This document shows positions 20,145 through 29,587 of a stretch of DNA of 64,000 nt, piece after piece. Position numbers and translations under genes: made by a program. Within the stretch, counting starts at the first letter, position 1. Each line of letters starts with the position of its first letter. The DNA comes from Cenarchaeum sp. (GTDB taxonomy: Archaea; Thermoproteota; Nitrososphaeria; Nitrososphaerales; Nitrosopumilaceae). The notes below the pieces were generated by a model. That model saw nothing but the letters and a program-made list of their open reading frames with translations. It made no database searches and was not told the origin of the DNA. The DNA lies in the NCBI GenBank assembly GCA_965206845.1, contig OZ242221.1, positions 608,001 through 672,000 of the forward strand, in the 5' to 3' direction.

Positions 20145-20214
20145 TTGGCGGGCCCGCGATCCTCAGATCAATATGCCTTGCTATTGGACAAGTATATCCC
20201 TGTAGGATACAGCC
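19660..20214 (-). mobile_element. Truncated IS5-family (IS903-like) element, left end retained
   Basis: Minus-strand left end GGCTGTATCC at 20214 resembles the intact TIR GGCTGTGTCC; leader and transposase N-half are homologous to 46050-47282; no right end found; left boundary approximate. Confidence 0.82.
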
Positions 20215-20258
20215 TTGTGTAAGACTACGCATAAATATAACGACATCTGTGATACTGT

Positions 20259-21143
20259 ATGAGCAGACATGCCACGCGTACGGTGGTCTTTGCCATTGTT
20301 GCAACCCTAGCACTTGTCGGCGTGATTGGATCGGCATACGCAACTGGAATGAGCATCGAGGCAGATACCGAAAATGCCGATAGGATAGTTCTGGCAGGAG
20401 AGACGACGCGAACCGAGGACATCGCGATAAAGATAGAGACGCTGAACAACACACTTGTTGATATCAAGCAGGTAGTGCCCAACGAAGACGGCACATTTGA
20501 GACCACGTTTGTCATCGGGGACAGCTGGAAGAACGGCATCTACTTCATTACCGCCCAGCAGGGCGACGTGCGGCAGTCCATCTACCGGTTGAACCTGATC
20601 TTTGAGATCGCGGACGGCCAGGTAATAAATGAGATACGCCGAGAGCAATCATCCATGACAGGGCCCAGCGCCATCACCATAGAGCAGCCCATACGTGAAA
20701 ATAGCATGATGATCACGGCTAGCGCCACAAGCGGCGACGCCGAGTTTACGTTTGAGGATGACAGATACATGTCTATCGTTCCCGCAGACGGCGCATGGGA
20801 AGAGATTACCACAATCATAGTCACTGGGGAGACAACCATGTCGAATGACGTAGTGCTGACTGTAAGGCAGGAGGACGGAAACATAGTATCAGTTGCCCAA
20901 GTGTCACCGGATGAGGAAGGCATGTTCGAGACTGCATTTCATACAAACAGCGAACTGTGGAAGCAGGACGGAGCCTATACGATAACGGCAACCCAGGACG
21001 ATCTTGTAGACTTTGTGGTAGTGTATATCGCCGACGGTGCAGTGGTGCCCGAGTTCGGAGCGACCGCAGCACTGATTCTAGCAGCTGCCATCACATCCAT
21101 ACTGGTCGTATCGACCAGATTCAGACCCATGCTGTGGCGCTGA
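20259..21143 (+). CDS. PEFG-CTERM surface protein 3, with duplicated Ig-like domain
   Basis: Signal peptide (..SAYA), two similar GETT...QV.P..G.FET...WK..G.Y.ITA.Q domains, VPEFG + TM. Confidence 0.88.
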   Translation: MSRHATRTVVFAIVATLALVGVIGSAYATGMSIEADTENADRIVLAGETTRTEDIAIKIETLNNTLVDIKQVVPNEDGTFETTFVIGDSWKNGIYFITAQQGDVRQSIYRLNLIFEIADGQVINEIRREQSSMTGPSAITIEQPIRENSMMITASATSGDAEFTFEDDRYMSIVPADGAWEEITTIIVTGETTMSNDVVLTVRQEDGNIVSVAQVSPDEEGMFETAFHTNSELWKQDGAYTITATQDDLVDFVVVYIADGAVVPEFGATAALILAAAITSILVVSTRFRPMLWR

Positions 21144-21580
21144 TCAGGAATCCTAAATGAAGGCATGTGTCAAATGTGTGGTACAGTTGACGGTGCGGTG
21201 AGTTTAGTGGTGCCGAGTTCCTTTCGTCTCTCGCTCCGAGTGCCTCGTTGACCATATGCCTGAACGCACCAGGTGCCAGTTGCAACTCTAGGACGGGTTC
21301 ATATGGCTGTCAGATGCATCCTGCCGGCTTTTGTAGTGGGCATCCACGCCAACACGGCGGCACTACAGTACCACTGTACAGTGTCACCCATATGAGAGTC
21401 CATGCACAATAAGCCAACCCGAAGGAGACCGAACAAGCTACCCAAACCCGCATGGCGTCTATCATCAATGGGATGAATCGCAAGATCGAGTGCAAAACAG
21501 GCCCGATGTGCGATCCCGGGACGGATTGCCCCCCGTTTTTTATATATACATAAATATAGATATCGACAAACCGCAATAAG

Positions 21581-22447
21581 ATGAACACTCATACAACATA
21601 CATGCTGATCGCAGCTTTGGCAGTTGTTGGAACCATGTCCGTCTCTAACTCTTTTGCACAGAGCACAGACGACGCAATGATCGGTATGGAAGAGTCCGTT
21701 GAAACGCAGATTCCGCTCACTATGAAGACAGACACGGATCTCTACACGTACGGCTCGGACATACTGGTCACAGGCCACATAGCAAATGTAAGATCGGCTC
21801 AGACTCCGGTCACGATGTTTGTGACTAGCCCGTTGGGCAATATCGTGGAGGCAAGGCAGCTTGTTCCAAACAGTGACGGCAGCTTCGAATTTGTCATCAA
21901 GACATCTAGCAGCGCATGGAAGTACGACGGCACATATGTCATCAGGGCACAGTACGGCGCGCCTTCAACGATAAGCAAGGTACTAGTGGCACTGACCGGC
22001 GGATCTGCGTTCCCAGGAGACGGGATGACCGAAGATGAGAAGCCGGAGATATGCGGCACGGAAGGTCTGGGTGAAGGCGAAGAGCTGTGCGTTCCCTACG
22101 AGATCACAGGAGGAAGCATGACCAGCGTAAAGGCAAACACAGACGACGTCTCGCTGCAATTCGGCATTGATGCCACCGAGGACGGCCAGGTAACACTGTA
22201 TACGTCTGAGGACGACATAAGCGGAATCTTCCTTGTCTTCGTAGACGACCAAGAATGGGACGATGCAGTGGTTGACGGAAACACCGTAACGGTAACGTTC
22301 CCAGCAGGTACAGAAGAGATCGAGCTGTTTGCGGCATATGTAATTCCAGAGTTCGGCACCATCGCCGCACTGATTCTGGCGGTTGCAATAGTCTCCATAA
22401 TCGCAGTCTCTGCAAGATCACGGCTTGGACTCGTTCCAAGATACTAA
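21581..22447 (+). CDS. PEFG-CTERM surface protein 4
   Basis: Signal peptide (..NSFA), IPEFGTIAALIL TM, RSRLGLVPRY tail; strong AT-rich promoter at about 21536-21562. Confidence 0.9.
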   Translation: MNTHTTYMLIAALAVVGTMSVSNSFAQSTDDAMIGMEESVETQIPLTMKTDTDLYTYGSDILVTGHIANVRSAQTPVTMFVTSPLGNIVEARQLVPNSDGSFEFVIKTSSSAWKYDGTYVIRAQYGAPSTISKVLVALTGGSAFPGDGMTEDEKPEICGTEGLGEGEELCVPYEITGGSMTSVKANTDDVSLQFGIDATEDGQVTLYTSEDDISGIFLVFVDDQEWDDAVVDGNTVTVTFPAGTEEIELFAAYVIPEFGTIAALILAVAIVSIIAVSARSRLGLVPRY

Positions 22448-22451
22448 CATC

Positions 22452-22472
22452 TTTCCCCCTTTTTTCATTTTT
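22452..22472 (+). terminator. Oligo-T archaeal terminator
   Basis: TTTCCCCCTTTTTTCATTTTT after the stop, same core as 19520-19533. Confidence 0.6.
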
Positions 22473-22667
22473 GAGCACCAAGCATGTCAGGGACGGCTGC
22501 CCGGCACATGATACCTGTACGACACCATGCCTGCGACAGTCGCGTCGCCGTAAGACGCCGGGTAGCCATCAGGCATCCAGCAGGGGCGCAGGCAGCATGT
22601 GCAAGCCCGATCCACATCAGGCACCACACCAAAAGAAACTATACTGTCCGTATGGCACATGTACCAT

Positions 22668-23735
22668 ATGGAGTTGGAGACAAACCCCCACGTGTCAGAG
22701 CACCGGAGGGTGGTCCACGGCGGCCTCTTCTCGGCACCGCGTCCGGGCTTTGAGGTGTTGGACTTTAGCTCCAACATAAACCCCCTTGGCCCGCCTCCGG
22801 CCTCCCTGGTTCTTGGCTCGGACGCGCTTGAGGCTTATCCGGATCCGGACTCGACGGAGCTGAGAATGAACCTGCAGCAGCATACCGGGGTATCGTACCA
22901 GAACATAGTGGCAGGCAACGGCGCCACAGAGATAATCTACAACTTTTGCCGGGCATTTGTGACAGATGGGATGCCGGTTCTGATACCGGCCCCAACCTTC
23001 GGCGAGTACGAGGCCGCATGCCGGCTGTCGGGGGCCAGCATCATACGCCACAGAACCATGGATGTGTCACGGGATATCGATGATCTCATATCCCACATAC
23101 CAGTCAGGGGTTGCGTCTTTGTGTGCAACCCAAACAACCCCACAGGCGGCATAACCACACAGGATACCATGCAGACGCTGGTAAGGCAGGCCCGCAGAAG
23201 GCAGACCATGGTCTTTGTAGACGAGTGCTTTATCGAGCTTGCTCCGGACTCTGACGAATCGCTGCTCCCAGCCAAAAGGTACGACAACCTGTTTGTCCTG
23301 CGTTCCATGACCAAGTCTTTTGCCCTGGCAGGTGCCAGGATCGGGTACGGTGTGGGAAGCCGGCAGATGATCGCAGTTCTCAGCGAGATCAAGATCCCCT
23401 GGAATGTGTCAGGACCCGCCCAGTGTGCAGCAAGCGCCGCACTGGCAGATCTGTCGTACCTGACAAGATCTAGGGACATGATAAGGAGCGAGTCCAAATT
23501 TCTGGTGGATCGCATATCAAAGATACGCGGGTTTAAGTGCCGCAGCCCGTCGGCAAACTTTATTCTGGTCAAGACAGACGGCAGATCTGATGCCGTGAGA
23601 CAGAAGCTGCTGCGCAAGGGAGTGCTGGTCCGGGACTGCAGTTCCTTTTACGGGCTGAACGGAGACTACATACGGGTAGCCGTAAGAACCAGGGACGAGA
23701 ATATCAGGCTTGTGGAGGCGATGTCTTCACTATGA
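22668..23735 (+). CDS. L-threonine-O-3-phosphate decarboxylase (CobD/HisC-like PLP enzyme)
   Basis: HGG, DFSSNINPLG, YPDP, GNGATE, CNPNNPTG, DECF, RSMTKSFALAGARIGY; heads the cobalamin operon. Confidence 0.85.
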   Translation: MELETNPHVSEHRRVVHGGLFSAPRPGFEVLDFSSNINPLGPPPASLVLGSDALEAYPDPDSTELRMNLQQHTGVSYQNIVAGNGATEIIYNFCRAFVTDGMPVLIPAPTFGEYEAACRLSGASIIRHRTMDVSRDIDDLISHIPVRGCVFVCNPNNPTGGITTQDTMQTLVRQARRRQTMVFVDECFIELAPDSDESLLPAKRYDNLFVLRSMTKSFALAGARIGYGVGSRQMIAVLSEIKIPWNVSGPAQCAASAALADLSYLTRSRDMIRSESKFLVDRISKIRGFKCRSPSANFILVKTDGRSDAVRQKLLRKGVLVRDCSSFYGLNGDYIRVAVRTRDENIRLVEAMSSL

Positions 23736-24565
23736 GCACGCTGATGGTCCAGGGAACGTCCTCCGGCGCCGGCAAGACGACCATGGTGGCTGCACTGTGC
23801 AGGATCTTCGCAGACAGAGGCTACTCGGTGGCACCGTTCAAGTCACAGAACATGTCAAGGTACGCCTACACCACAGACAAGTTTGAGATTGCCGTAGCCC
23901 AGGCGGTCCAGGCAGTGGCTGCCCGGTGTGAGATCATGCCGGATCTGAACCCGATCCTCCTCAAACCGCTGGACGACTACCACAGCCAGGTGTACCTCCT
24001 GGGACGGAGCTACAAAAGGATGCATGCGGCAGACTACTACACCAAGTTTGCCCTGACAGGCGGCCTAGAGACGGCGCTCGGGTCGCTTGGGCGCCTGCAA
24101 AAAAAGCACGATCTGGTCATCATTGAGGGCGCCGGCTCCCCCGCGGAGATCAACGTGGCCGAGTGGGATATAGCAAACATGAGGATCGCTGGGCATGCCG
24201 GATCGCCTGTGCTGCTTGTAGCCGACATAGAGAGGGGAGGCTCCTTTGCAAGCATTGCAGGCACCATGCTGTTGCTGGAGGACAGGTACCGGGAGCTTGT
24301 AAAGGGGTTTATCTTCAACAAGTTCCGGGGGGACATGGAGATTCTGAAGCCGGGCTTTGAGAGGCTTGAGAGGGAGACCGGCAGGCCGGTTCTGGGTACG
24401 GTGCCCATGCTGGACGTTGCCATACCAGAAGAGGACTCAATGGGCAGCCGGCCCGGCAAGAGCATGAAGGATCTCTCCCACATAGATGCGGATCTTGACA
24501 GGCTGTCAGGTGCGGTGGAGAAGAGCTTGGACATCGGGGCGATCGAGGGGATGATATCCTGGTAA
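23732..24565 (+). CDS. cobQ: Cobyric acid synthase, short form without glutaminase domain
   Basis: QGTSSGAGKT, APFKSQNMS, NPILLKP, EGAGSPAEIN, DIERGG, NKFRGD, PEEDS. Confidence 0.9.
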   Translation: MSTLMVQGTSSGAGKTTMVAALCRIFADRGYSVAPFKSQNMSRYAYTTDKFEIAVAQAVQAVAARCEIMPDLNPILLKPLDDYHSQVYLLGRSYKRMHAADYYTKFALTGGLETALGSLGRLQKKHDLVIIEGAGSPAEINVAEWDIANMRIAGHAGSPVLLVADIERGGSFASIAGTMLLLEDRYRELVKGFIFNKFRGDMEILKPGFERLERETGRPVLGTVPMLDVAIPEEDSMGSRPGKSMKDLSHIDADLDRLSGAVEKSLDIGAIEGMISW

Positions 24566-24567
24566 TC

Positions 24568-25530
24568 GTGTCGGCCCTGATCATAATCTCTGCACTGGGC
24601 CTGGACTTTATCGCAGGCGATCCGGCAAACCGGTACCACCCGACTGCCTGGATGGGAAGGTTGATCGCCAGAACTGCCACATATGTAAAGACCGGCAGGG
24701 CCAGATCCGAGAGAGCCGGCGGCGTGGTCATAGTTGTGGTGTCGTGCGGCGCAGTCCTGGGTGCCCTGTCCGCAGTCTATCTGGCACTCAACCTGCTGCT
24801 TGACGGCCTTGTGGCGCTGGTGGCATCCGCAGCTGTCACAGCCGTCCTGCTCAAGACGACCATTTCGGTGCGCGGACTGGAGGCGCATGCCCGCAACATA
24901 GTTGTAGCCATCCAGGACGACGACATTGCCACTGCTAGGAGCCGGCTGTCCATGATTGTAAAGCGGGACACGGGGTCACTGGACAGGGAGCATGTCATAT
25001 CCGGCGCGATCGAATCCGTCTCGGAGAACACGGTGGATGGCGTGACCGGACCGCTCTTTTACTTTGGCGTGCTGGGGCTGCCTGGGGCCTTTGTGTACCG
25101 GGTGGTGAACACCGCAGACTCGATGGTGGGCTACAGAACCAGCATGTTTGCGAATCTTGGATGGTTTGCCGCCAACTGTGACAGGGTACTCAACTATGCG
25201 CCCGCCCGCATTACGGGCCTAGTGATGGTGCTTGCCTCTGCGATGCTGGGTATGAACTGGAGAGGCGCGTACCGCATAATGATGCGGGATGCCGGCAAGC
25301 CTGACAGCCCCAATGCAGGCTACCCCATGGCAGCAGCGGCAGGAGCGCTGGGAGTGAGGCTGGAGAAGATCGGCCACTACAGCATAGGGGACGACACAGT
25401 GGGCCTGTCCACAGACGGCATACTGCAAGCAGTCAGGCTCATGAAGATCACGTCGATCATCTTCTGCGGCGCCGTAACGGTGCCGTTGATGGCATTGCTT
25501 GCGTATCTTGTGGCGGGAGTCCATGTTTAG
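24568..25530 (+). CDS. cbiB: Adenosylcobinamide-phosphate synthase (CbiB)
   Basis: GDP..HP, IVKRDT, ESVSEN..DG, YRVVNTADSMVGY, PAR, SPNAGYP. Confidence 0.92.
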   Translation: MSALIIISALGLDFIAGDPANRYHPTAWMGRLIARTATYVKTGRARSERAGGVVIVVVSCGAVLGALSAVYLALNLLLDGLVALVASAAVTAVLLKTTISVRGLEAHARNIVVAIQDDDIATARSRLSMIVKRDTGSLDREHVISGAIESVSENTVDGVTGPLFYFGVLGLPGAFVYRVVNTADSMVGYRTSMFANLGWFAANCDRVLNYAPARITGLVMVLASAMLGMNWRGAYRIMMRDAGKPDSPNAGYPMAAAAGALGVRLEKIGHYSIGDDTVGLSTDGILQAVRLMKITSIIFCGAVTVPLMALLAYLVAGVHV

Positions 25531-26251
25531 CGGGATCAGGTCTGTCATCTCATTTCTGACCCTGATCCCCACCGGAGGCACAAGCCTAGAGACTGCGGCC
25601 AAGCACATGTACGCGTTTCCCCTGGTGGGGATCGTGCTGGGCGCCGTGCTGGGCGCGTTTGGGTTTGGTCTCTCCGAGGCGGGCCTGGAGCCGGCGATAG
25701 CGGCGCTGCTGGTTGTGGCAGCCATCGCGATAGTCACCGGCATACACCACACCGACGGGCTGGGCGACTTTGCCGACGGCCTCATGGTCAAGGGCACCCG
25801 CGAGAGAAAGCTGTCTGCCATGAAGGATGCATCTGTCGGCTCTGCCGGCGTGTTCGCAATAGTGCTGTATGCGGCAGGAATGATACTGGCGCTGTCGCTG
25901 ACAGGCGGGTGGCACCTCTTTTTGACCATTCTGGTAGCCGAGGTGGCAGCCAAGTTCTCCATGGTGCTGATGGCGTCGCTGGGCCGCCCGGCGGCTCCCG
26001 GCACCAGCTCGCCATTCCTACAGGTAATGAAGGATTGGAGAAGGCTGGCACTTGCCGGCGCCATCACCGCAGTTCCGGTAATCCTCCTTGGAGGAGTCCC
26101 GGGCATGATTGCGCTGGGAGCAGTCATAGCAGTCACACTATTTCTGACACGGATGGCCTCACGTAGCCTTGGGGGCGTTACAGGCGACGTGCTGGGCGCC
26201 GCAAACGAGATCTCCCGGCTGACGGCAGTTCTGGTGCTTGTGTCGGCATGA
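25523..26251 (+). CDS. cobS: Adenosylcobinamide-GDP ribazoletransferase
   Basis: FLTLIP, FPLVG, TGIHHTDGLGDFADG, MKD..VG, GGVTGDVLGA..E. Confidence 0.92.
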   Translation: MFSGIRSVISFLTLIPTGGTSLETAAKHMYAFPLVGIVLGAVLGAFGFGLSEAGLEPAIAALLVVAAIAIVTGIHHTDGLGDFADGLMVKGTRERKLSAMKDASVGSAGVFAIVLYAAGMILALSLTGGWHLFLTILVAEVAAKFSMVLMASLGRPAAPGTSSPFLQVMKDWRRLALAGAITAVPVILLGGVPGMIALGAVIAVTLFLTRMASRSLGGVTGDVLGAANEISRLTAVLVLVSA

Positions 26252-26838
26252 TTGGAATTGTTATGGCCGGCGGCCTTGGAAGCCGCATGAAGCTGAACCA
26301 AGAGAAGCTGCTGCTGCGCTACAAAAAACCTGTGGTGCTCCACGTGACAGACGCTCTCCGCAGCTCCGGATGCCTCAAGAGAGTTGTGGCGGCAGTGTCG
26401 CCCAACTCACCGGAGACCGCAGGGCTCCTCAAGGCCCGAGGCGTGGAGACCGTGCAGTCCCCGGGACGCGGGTATGTGCAGGATCTTGGCCTCATCCTGA
26501 AGCAGACCGACGATCACGTCCTTGTGGTGCCAGGCGATCTGCCACTCCTGAACGGTGGGATCGTGCAGAGGATTGCGTCGCTGTACGATCCCGACAGGGT
26601 GTGGACCAGCATCCTAGTAACGCGCAGGTTTGCAGATCCGCTGGGGCTTCCAGGCGAGTTTGCGACACGACACGGCGGCTCCCAGTGCTATTACACCGGC
26701 GTGTCGCTGATAAACGCCCACAGGATAGACTCGGCAGAGCCGGTCAGGGAGAGCTATGAGATCTGCGACGACGAGAGGATTGCATTCAACCTGAACACCG
26801 CCAGAGAGTACGAGATGCTACAGTCGCGCAAGCCGTGA
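26248..26838 (+). CDS. cobY: Adenosylcobinamide-phosphate guanylyltransferase (archaeal CobY)
   Basis: MAGGLGSRM..EK, GYVQDL, GDLP, FNLNT; located in the cob operon. Confidence 0.82.
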   Translation: MIGIVMAGGLGSRMKLNQEKLLLRYKKPVVLHVTDALRSSGCLKRVVAAVSPNSPETAGLLKARGVETVQSPGRGYVQDLGLILKQTDDHVLVVPGDLPLLNGGIVQRIASLYDPDRVWTSILVTRRFADPLGLPGEFATRHGGSQCYYTGVSLINAHRIDSAEPVRESYEICDDERIAFNLNTAREYEMLQSRKP

Positions 26839-26847
26839 CTCTGGAGC

Positions 26848-27045
26848 CTACTCGGCGGTTCCCACTATCTTGCCGCGCATGTTGGCCTTTGAGCCGGTGG
26901 GTTCGGTAATTGTGTTTCCGCAAAAGTTGCACGTTACAAGCGAGGACGCGTGGGAGTATACCACCAGGGTCTCCTCGCATGCGGCGCAGACGACCTTTTG
27001 AAACTTGCTTGAGGGCACCGGTATGGAAATATGACTCTTCTTCAT
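26848..27045 (-). CDS. rps27e: 30S ribosomal protein S27e
   Basis: PSSKFQKVVCAAC...YSHASS.V.CNFCG..I.EPTG.KA. Confidence 0.93.
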   Translation of the reverse strand: MKKSHISIPVPSSKFQKVVCAACEETLVVYSHASSLVTCNFCGNTITEPTGSKANMRGKIVGTAE

Positions 27046-27323
27046 GCCGCCACCAACTCGAACTTCTTCACTCTGATGCCATAAGTATTGAACTTTTTCT
27101 TGCACTGGGGGCATGTCAGTATCCGCGTCACCTTCTTTGTGACCTTTGCAGGCTTGGCCAGCTTTGGGAACTTTTGCCCGCCATATCCTTTTTTGTCCTC
27201 GGCGTGGCGCCTCTCACCTATGGCAGAGGCCCTTCTCTTTCCCGCCTTGTATATGGAGACCTTTTGCGTCGTGTGCTCTTTGCATTTGGGGCAGTATCTC
27301 CTGATCGCCTTGGGATAGTTCAC
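27042..27323 (-). CDS. rpl44e: 50S ribosomal protein L44e
   Basis: YCPKCKEHT, GYGGQ, KVTKK, CPQC. Confidence 0.95.
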   Translation of the reverse strand: MNYPKAIRRYCPKCKEHTTQKVSIYKAGKRRASAIGERRHAEDKKGYGGQKFPKLAKPAKVTKKVTRILTCPQCKKKFNTYGIRVKKFELVAA

Positions 27324-27469
27324 AGGGATCAGCCTGTTCCTCGGTAATTTAAGGTTTGAAGCAGGAGTCGCGTTTCCCCTTTACTCGCTCGGGCCGATTC
27401 CCATGCCAGGCCCGATGCACCGGGCCACATGGCAGTGCCGCTTGAATCTATAATTATGTGTAAAAAGCA

Positions 27470-29239
27470 ATGCATGCCATGAGGACCCTGGCGCAGTCCG
27501 TCCGCACCCTTGGCGCAGTGGCTACGGGACGCCGGCATGCCGACCTTGTGCTCACGGACTGCTCACTGGTAAACGTCTACACACGTGAGATCCAGAAGAA
27601 TATCCAGGTGTCAGTAGCAGGCCAGAGGATCGCATACGTGGGAACGGATGCGTCGCACACCATAGCGCCCGGAACCCGCGTCATTGACTTGGGGGGCAGG
27701 CACCTGACCCCGGGCCTTGCAGAGCCACACATGCACATAGACCAGCTGGTCACGCCATCGGAGTTTGCAAACCGGTTGCTGCTCCGGGGAACCACGTCCC
27801 TGTTCTCTGATCCCATCGACATAGTGAGCGTGGCAGGATACCGGGGCTTTCGGGAGTTTGTCAGGCTTGCCACCGGACTGCCCATGAGGATCTTCAACAT
27901 GGTGCCCGGCGGCCTGCCCGTGGATGACAAGTTCGGAGACGTAAAGACGCTGACGCTAAAGGAGGAGGCAGAGGCGATAAAGCTTGATGGCGTCTTGGGG
28001 CTTGGAGAGGTGTTTGCGTGGACCAAGGTAACCCTGCAGGATCCCAGAACAATCCAGTCCCTGGTGCAGATGCTGGAGGCCGGCTGCGTGATCAACGGCC
28101 ACACCGCGGGAGCCTCGGACAGAAAGCTGCAGGCATACGTCTCATCTGGAATCCTGTCGTGCCACGAGCCAATAGACTTTGAACAGACGCTGGAGAGGCT
28201 CCGGCTGGGAATGTGGATCATGATCCGCGAGGGTTCCATCCGGCGGGATCTGGCAGAGATAGTTCCCCGGGTGCTCTCCTCGGGCACCTACATAGACAGG
28301 CTGATGTTCTGCGCAGACGAGCTGAACCCCGTTGACCTTGAAATGTACGGCCACATCGATCACTGCATCCGCAAGGCAGTGGAGCTGGGAATGAATCCGG
28401 TTGACGCCATCACCATAGCGTCAAGGAACTGCTTTGACTACTATGGCATGGGCAGGGAACTGGGCGGAATCGCACCTGGAAAGCTGGCAGACATGGTGAT
28501 CCTTGATGACCCCGGGTCGTTCCGGCCCAGAATGGTAATCGTAGGAGGCAAGATAGTGGTACGCGATGGCGCCCTGGTGGCTCAGGCCCCCCGCAGGCGC
28601 GTTCCCGGCTGGCTCAGAAGAACGGTAGATCTTGCCGAGCTCTCAGCAGCGGACTTTGCCATAAGCTCAAAAAAACCCAGTGTCCGCGCCAACACGATCT
28701 ACATGGCCACGGAGATCATCACCAGGCCCGGATCGCAGGATCTTCCGACTAGGGACGGTAACGTGCCGGCGTCCAGGGACAGAGACATCTGGAAGGTCGC
28801 AGCCTTTGACCGGATCAGCGGCACAAAGAGAAGCACCGTAGGATTCCTAGAGAACTTTGGCGCAGAGATCGGCGCCTTTGCGACCACCAAGAACTTTCAT
28901 GAGAACAACCTGATCGTAATCGGCATGGACGAAGAGGAGATGGCCATGGCGGCCAATCACCTGATCCGGTCCCAGGGTGGCATGGCCGTGGTAAGGGATG
29001 GAAGGGTTGTGGCAGACATGCCATTTGAGATAGGCGGCATCATCTCCACCAGGCCGTTTGAGCGGGTTCGCTCAGACTTTGAAGGCATAGACGGGACGAT
29101 CGCCGATGCGGGATGCAAGTTTTCACGCCCCTCCCTGATACCGGTATTTCTGCCATTTCTCGCGCTTCCGTCCGTTCGCATACTGCACAGTGGCATGGTC
29201 GACGTAAAGAGAAGGACGCTCATACCGCCCATCGTCTAG
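27470..29239 (+). CDS. ade: Adenine deaminase
   Basis: HMHID, DPID, GLGEV, NGH, SCHE, IREGS, IAPGKLAD, FLAL..P C-terminal domain. Confidence 0.85.
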   Translation: MHAMRTLAQSVRTLGAVATGRRHADLVLTDCSLVNVYTREIQKNIQVSVAGQRIAYVGTDASHTIAPGTRVIDLGGRHLTPGLAEPHMHIDQLVTPSEFANRLLLRGTTSLFSDPIDIVSVAGYRGFREFVRLATGLPMRIFNMVPGGLPVDDKFGDVKTLTLKEEAEAIKLDGVLGLGEVFAWTKVTLQDPRTIQSLVQMLEAGCVINGHTAGASDRKLQAYVSSGILSCHEPIDFEQTLERLRLGMWIMIREGSIRRDLAEIVPRVLSSGTYIDRLMFCADELNPVDLEMYGHIDHCIRKAVELGMNPVDAITIASRNCFDYYGMGRELGGIAPGKLADMVILDDPGSFRPRMVIVGGKIVVRDGALVAQAPRRRVPGWLRRTVDLAELSAADFAISSKKPSVRANTIYMATEIITRPGSQDLPTRDGNVPASRDRDIWKVAAFDRISGTKRSTVGFLENFGAEIGAFATTKNFHENNLIVIGMDEEEMAMAANHLIRSQGGMAVVRDGRVVADMPFEIGGIISTRPFERVRSDFEGIDGTIADAGCKFSRPSLIPVFLPFLALPSVRILHSGMVDVKRRTLIPPIV

Positions 29240-29587
29240 GCTGCCAGTTCCATGACCGGCTGCCGCGGCCCAAGTGCGCCCCCGGCAAACACAGAGGATC
29301 TCCATAGGCCACAGCCCTGCCACCCAAATCGCATCAGTGCAGACACGTCATCCGCCAAAAAGGAACCCGCAGTCCTCTGGCGCGACTCGTGTCACCATAT
29401 GCAGCCGGGAGCCCCTGACCGAAAGACCGGACACCGCATGGGCATGCATGCGCTCGATCAAGTGCGAGGCACGCCTCGGGGCTGATCTTCAAAGGCAAGT
29501 GCATCCTCAGCCTCCAGCTGCGTGAGGGCAAGCCACGCAACTGGTTTGCCTAGTATTATATAGGGGAATTGAAGGCTTTTTACTATA

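Noticed and set aside
21299-21588. Minus-strand ORFs in the PEFG 3-4 spacer
   Set aside because: They run through the promoter of gene 4, have atypical composition and show no recognisable domain
1448-22625. 13-mer CACATCAGGCACC shared by two spacers (1448-1460, 22613-22625) and other CATCAGGC hits
   Set aside because: 13-bp matches are expected by chance in 64 kb, there is no extended similarity, and the core also occurs in coding DNA
22448-22667. Possible cobalamin riboswitch upstream of the cob operon
   Set aside because: No B12-box or other conserved elements recognised; the class is not established in archaea
25219-26343. Long antisense or alternate-frame ORFs (e.g. 25219-26343, 6480-7412, 11561-12412, 34151-35089, 46409-47326)
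   Set aside because: Shadow ORFs of well-supported genes in GC-rich DNA, with no motifs
29296-29320. TAGGCCACAGCC resembling the IS right end TAGGACACAGCC
   Set aside because: No partner TIR, target duplication or transposase remnant; too short to call a MITE
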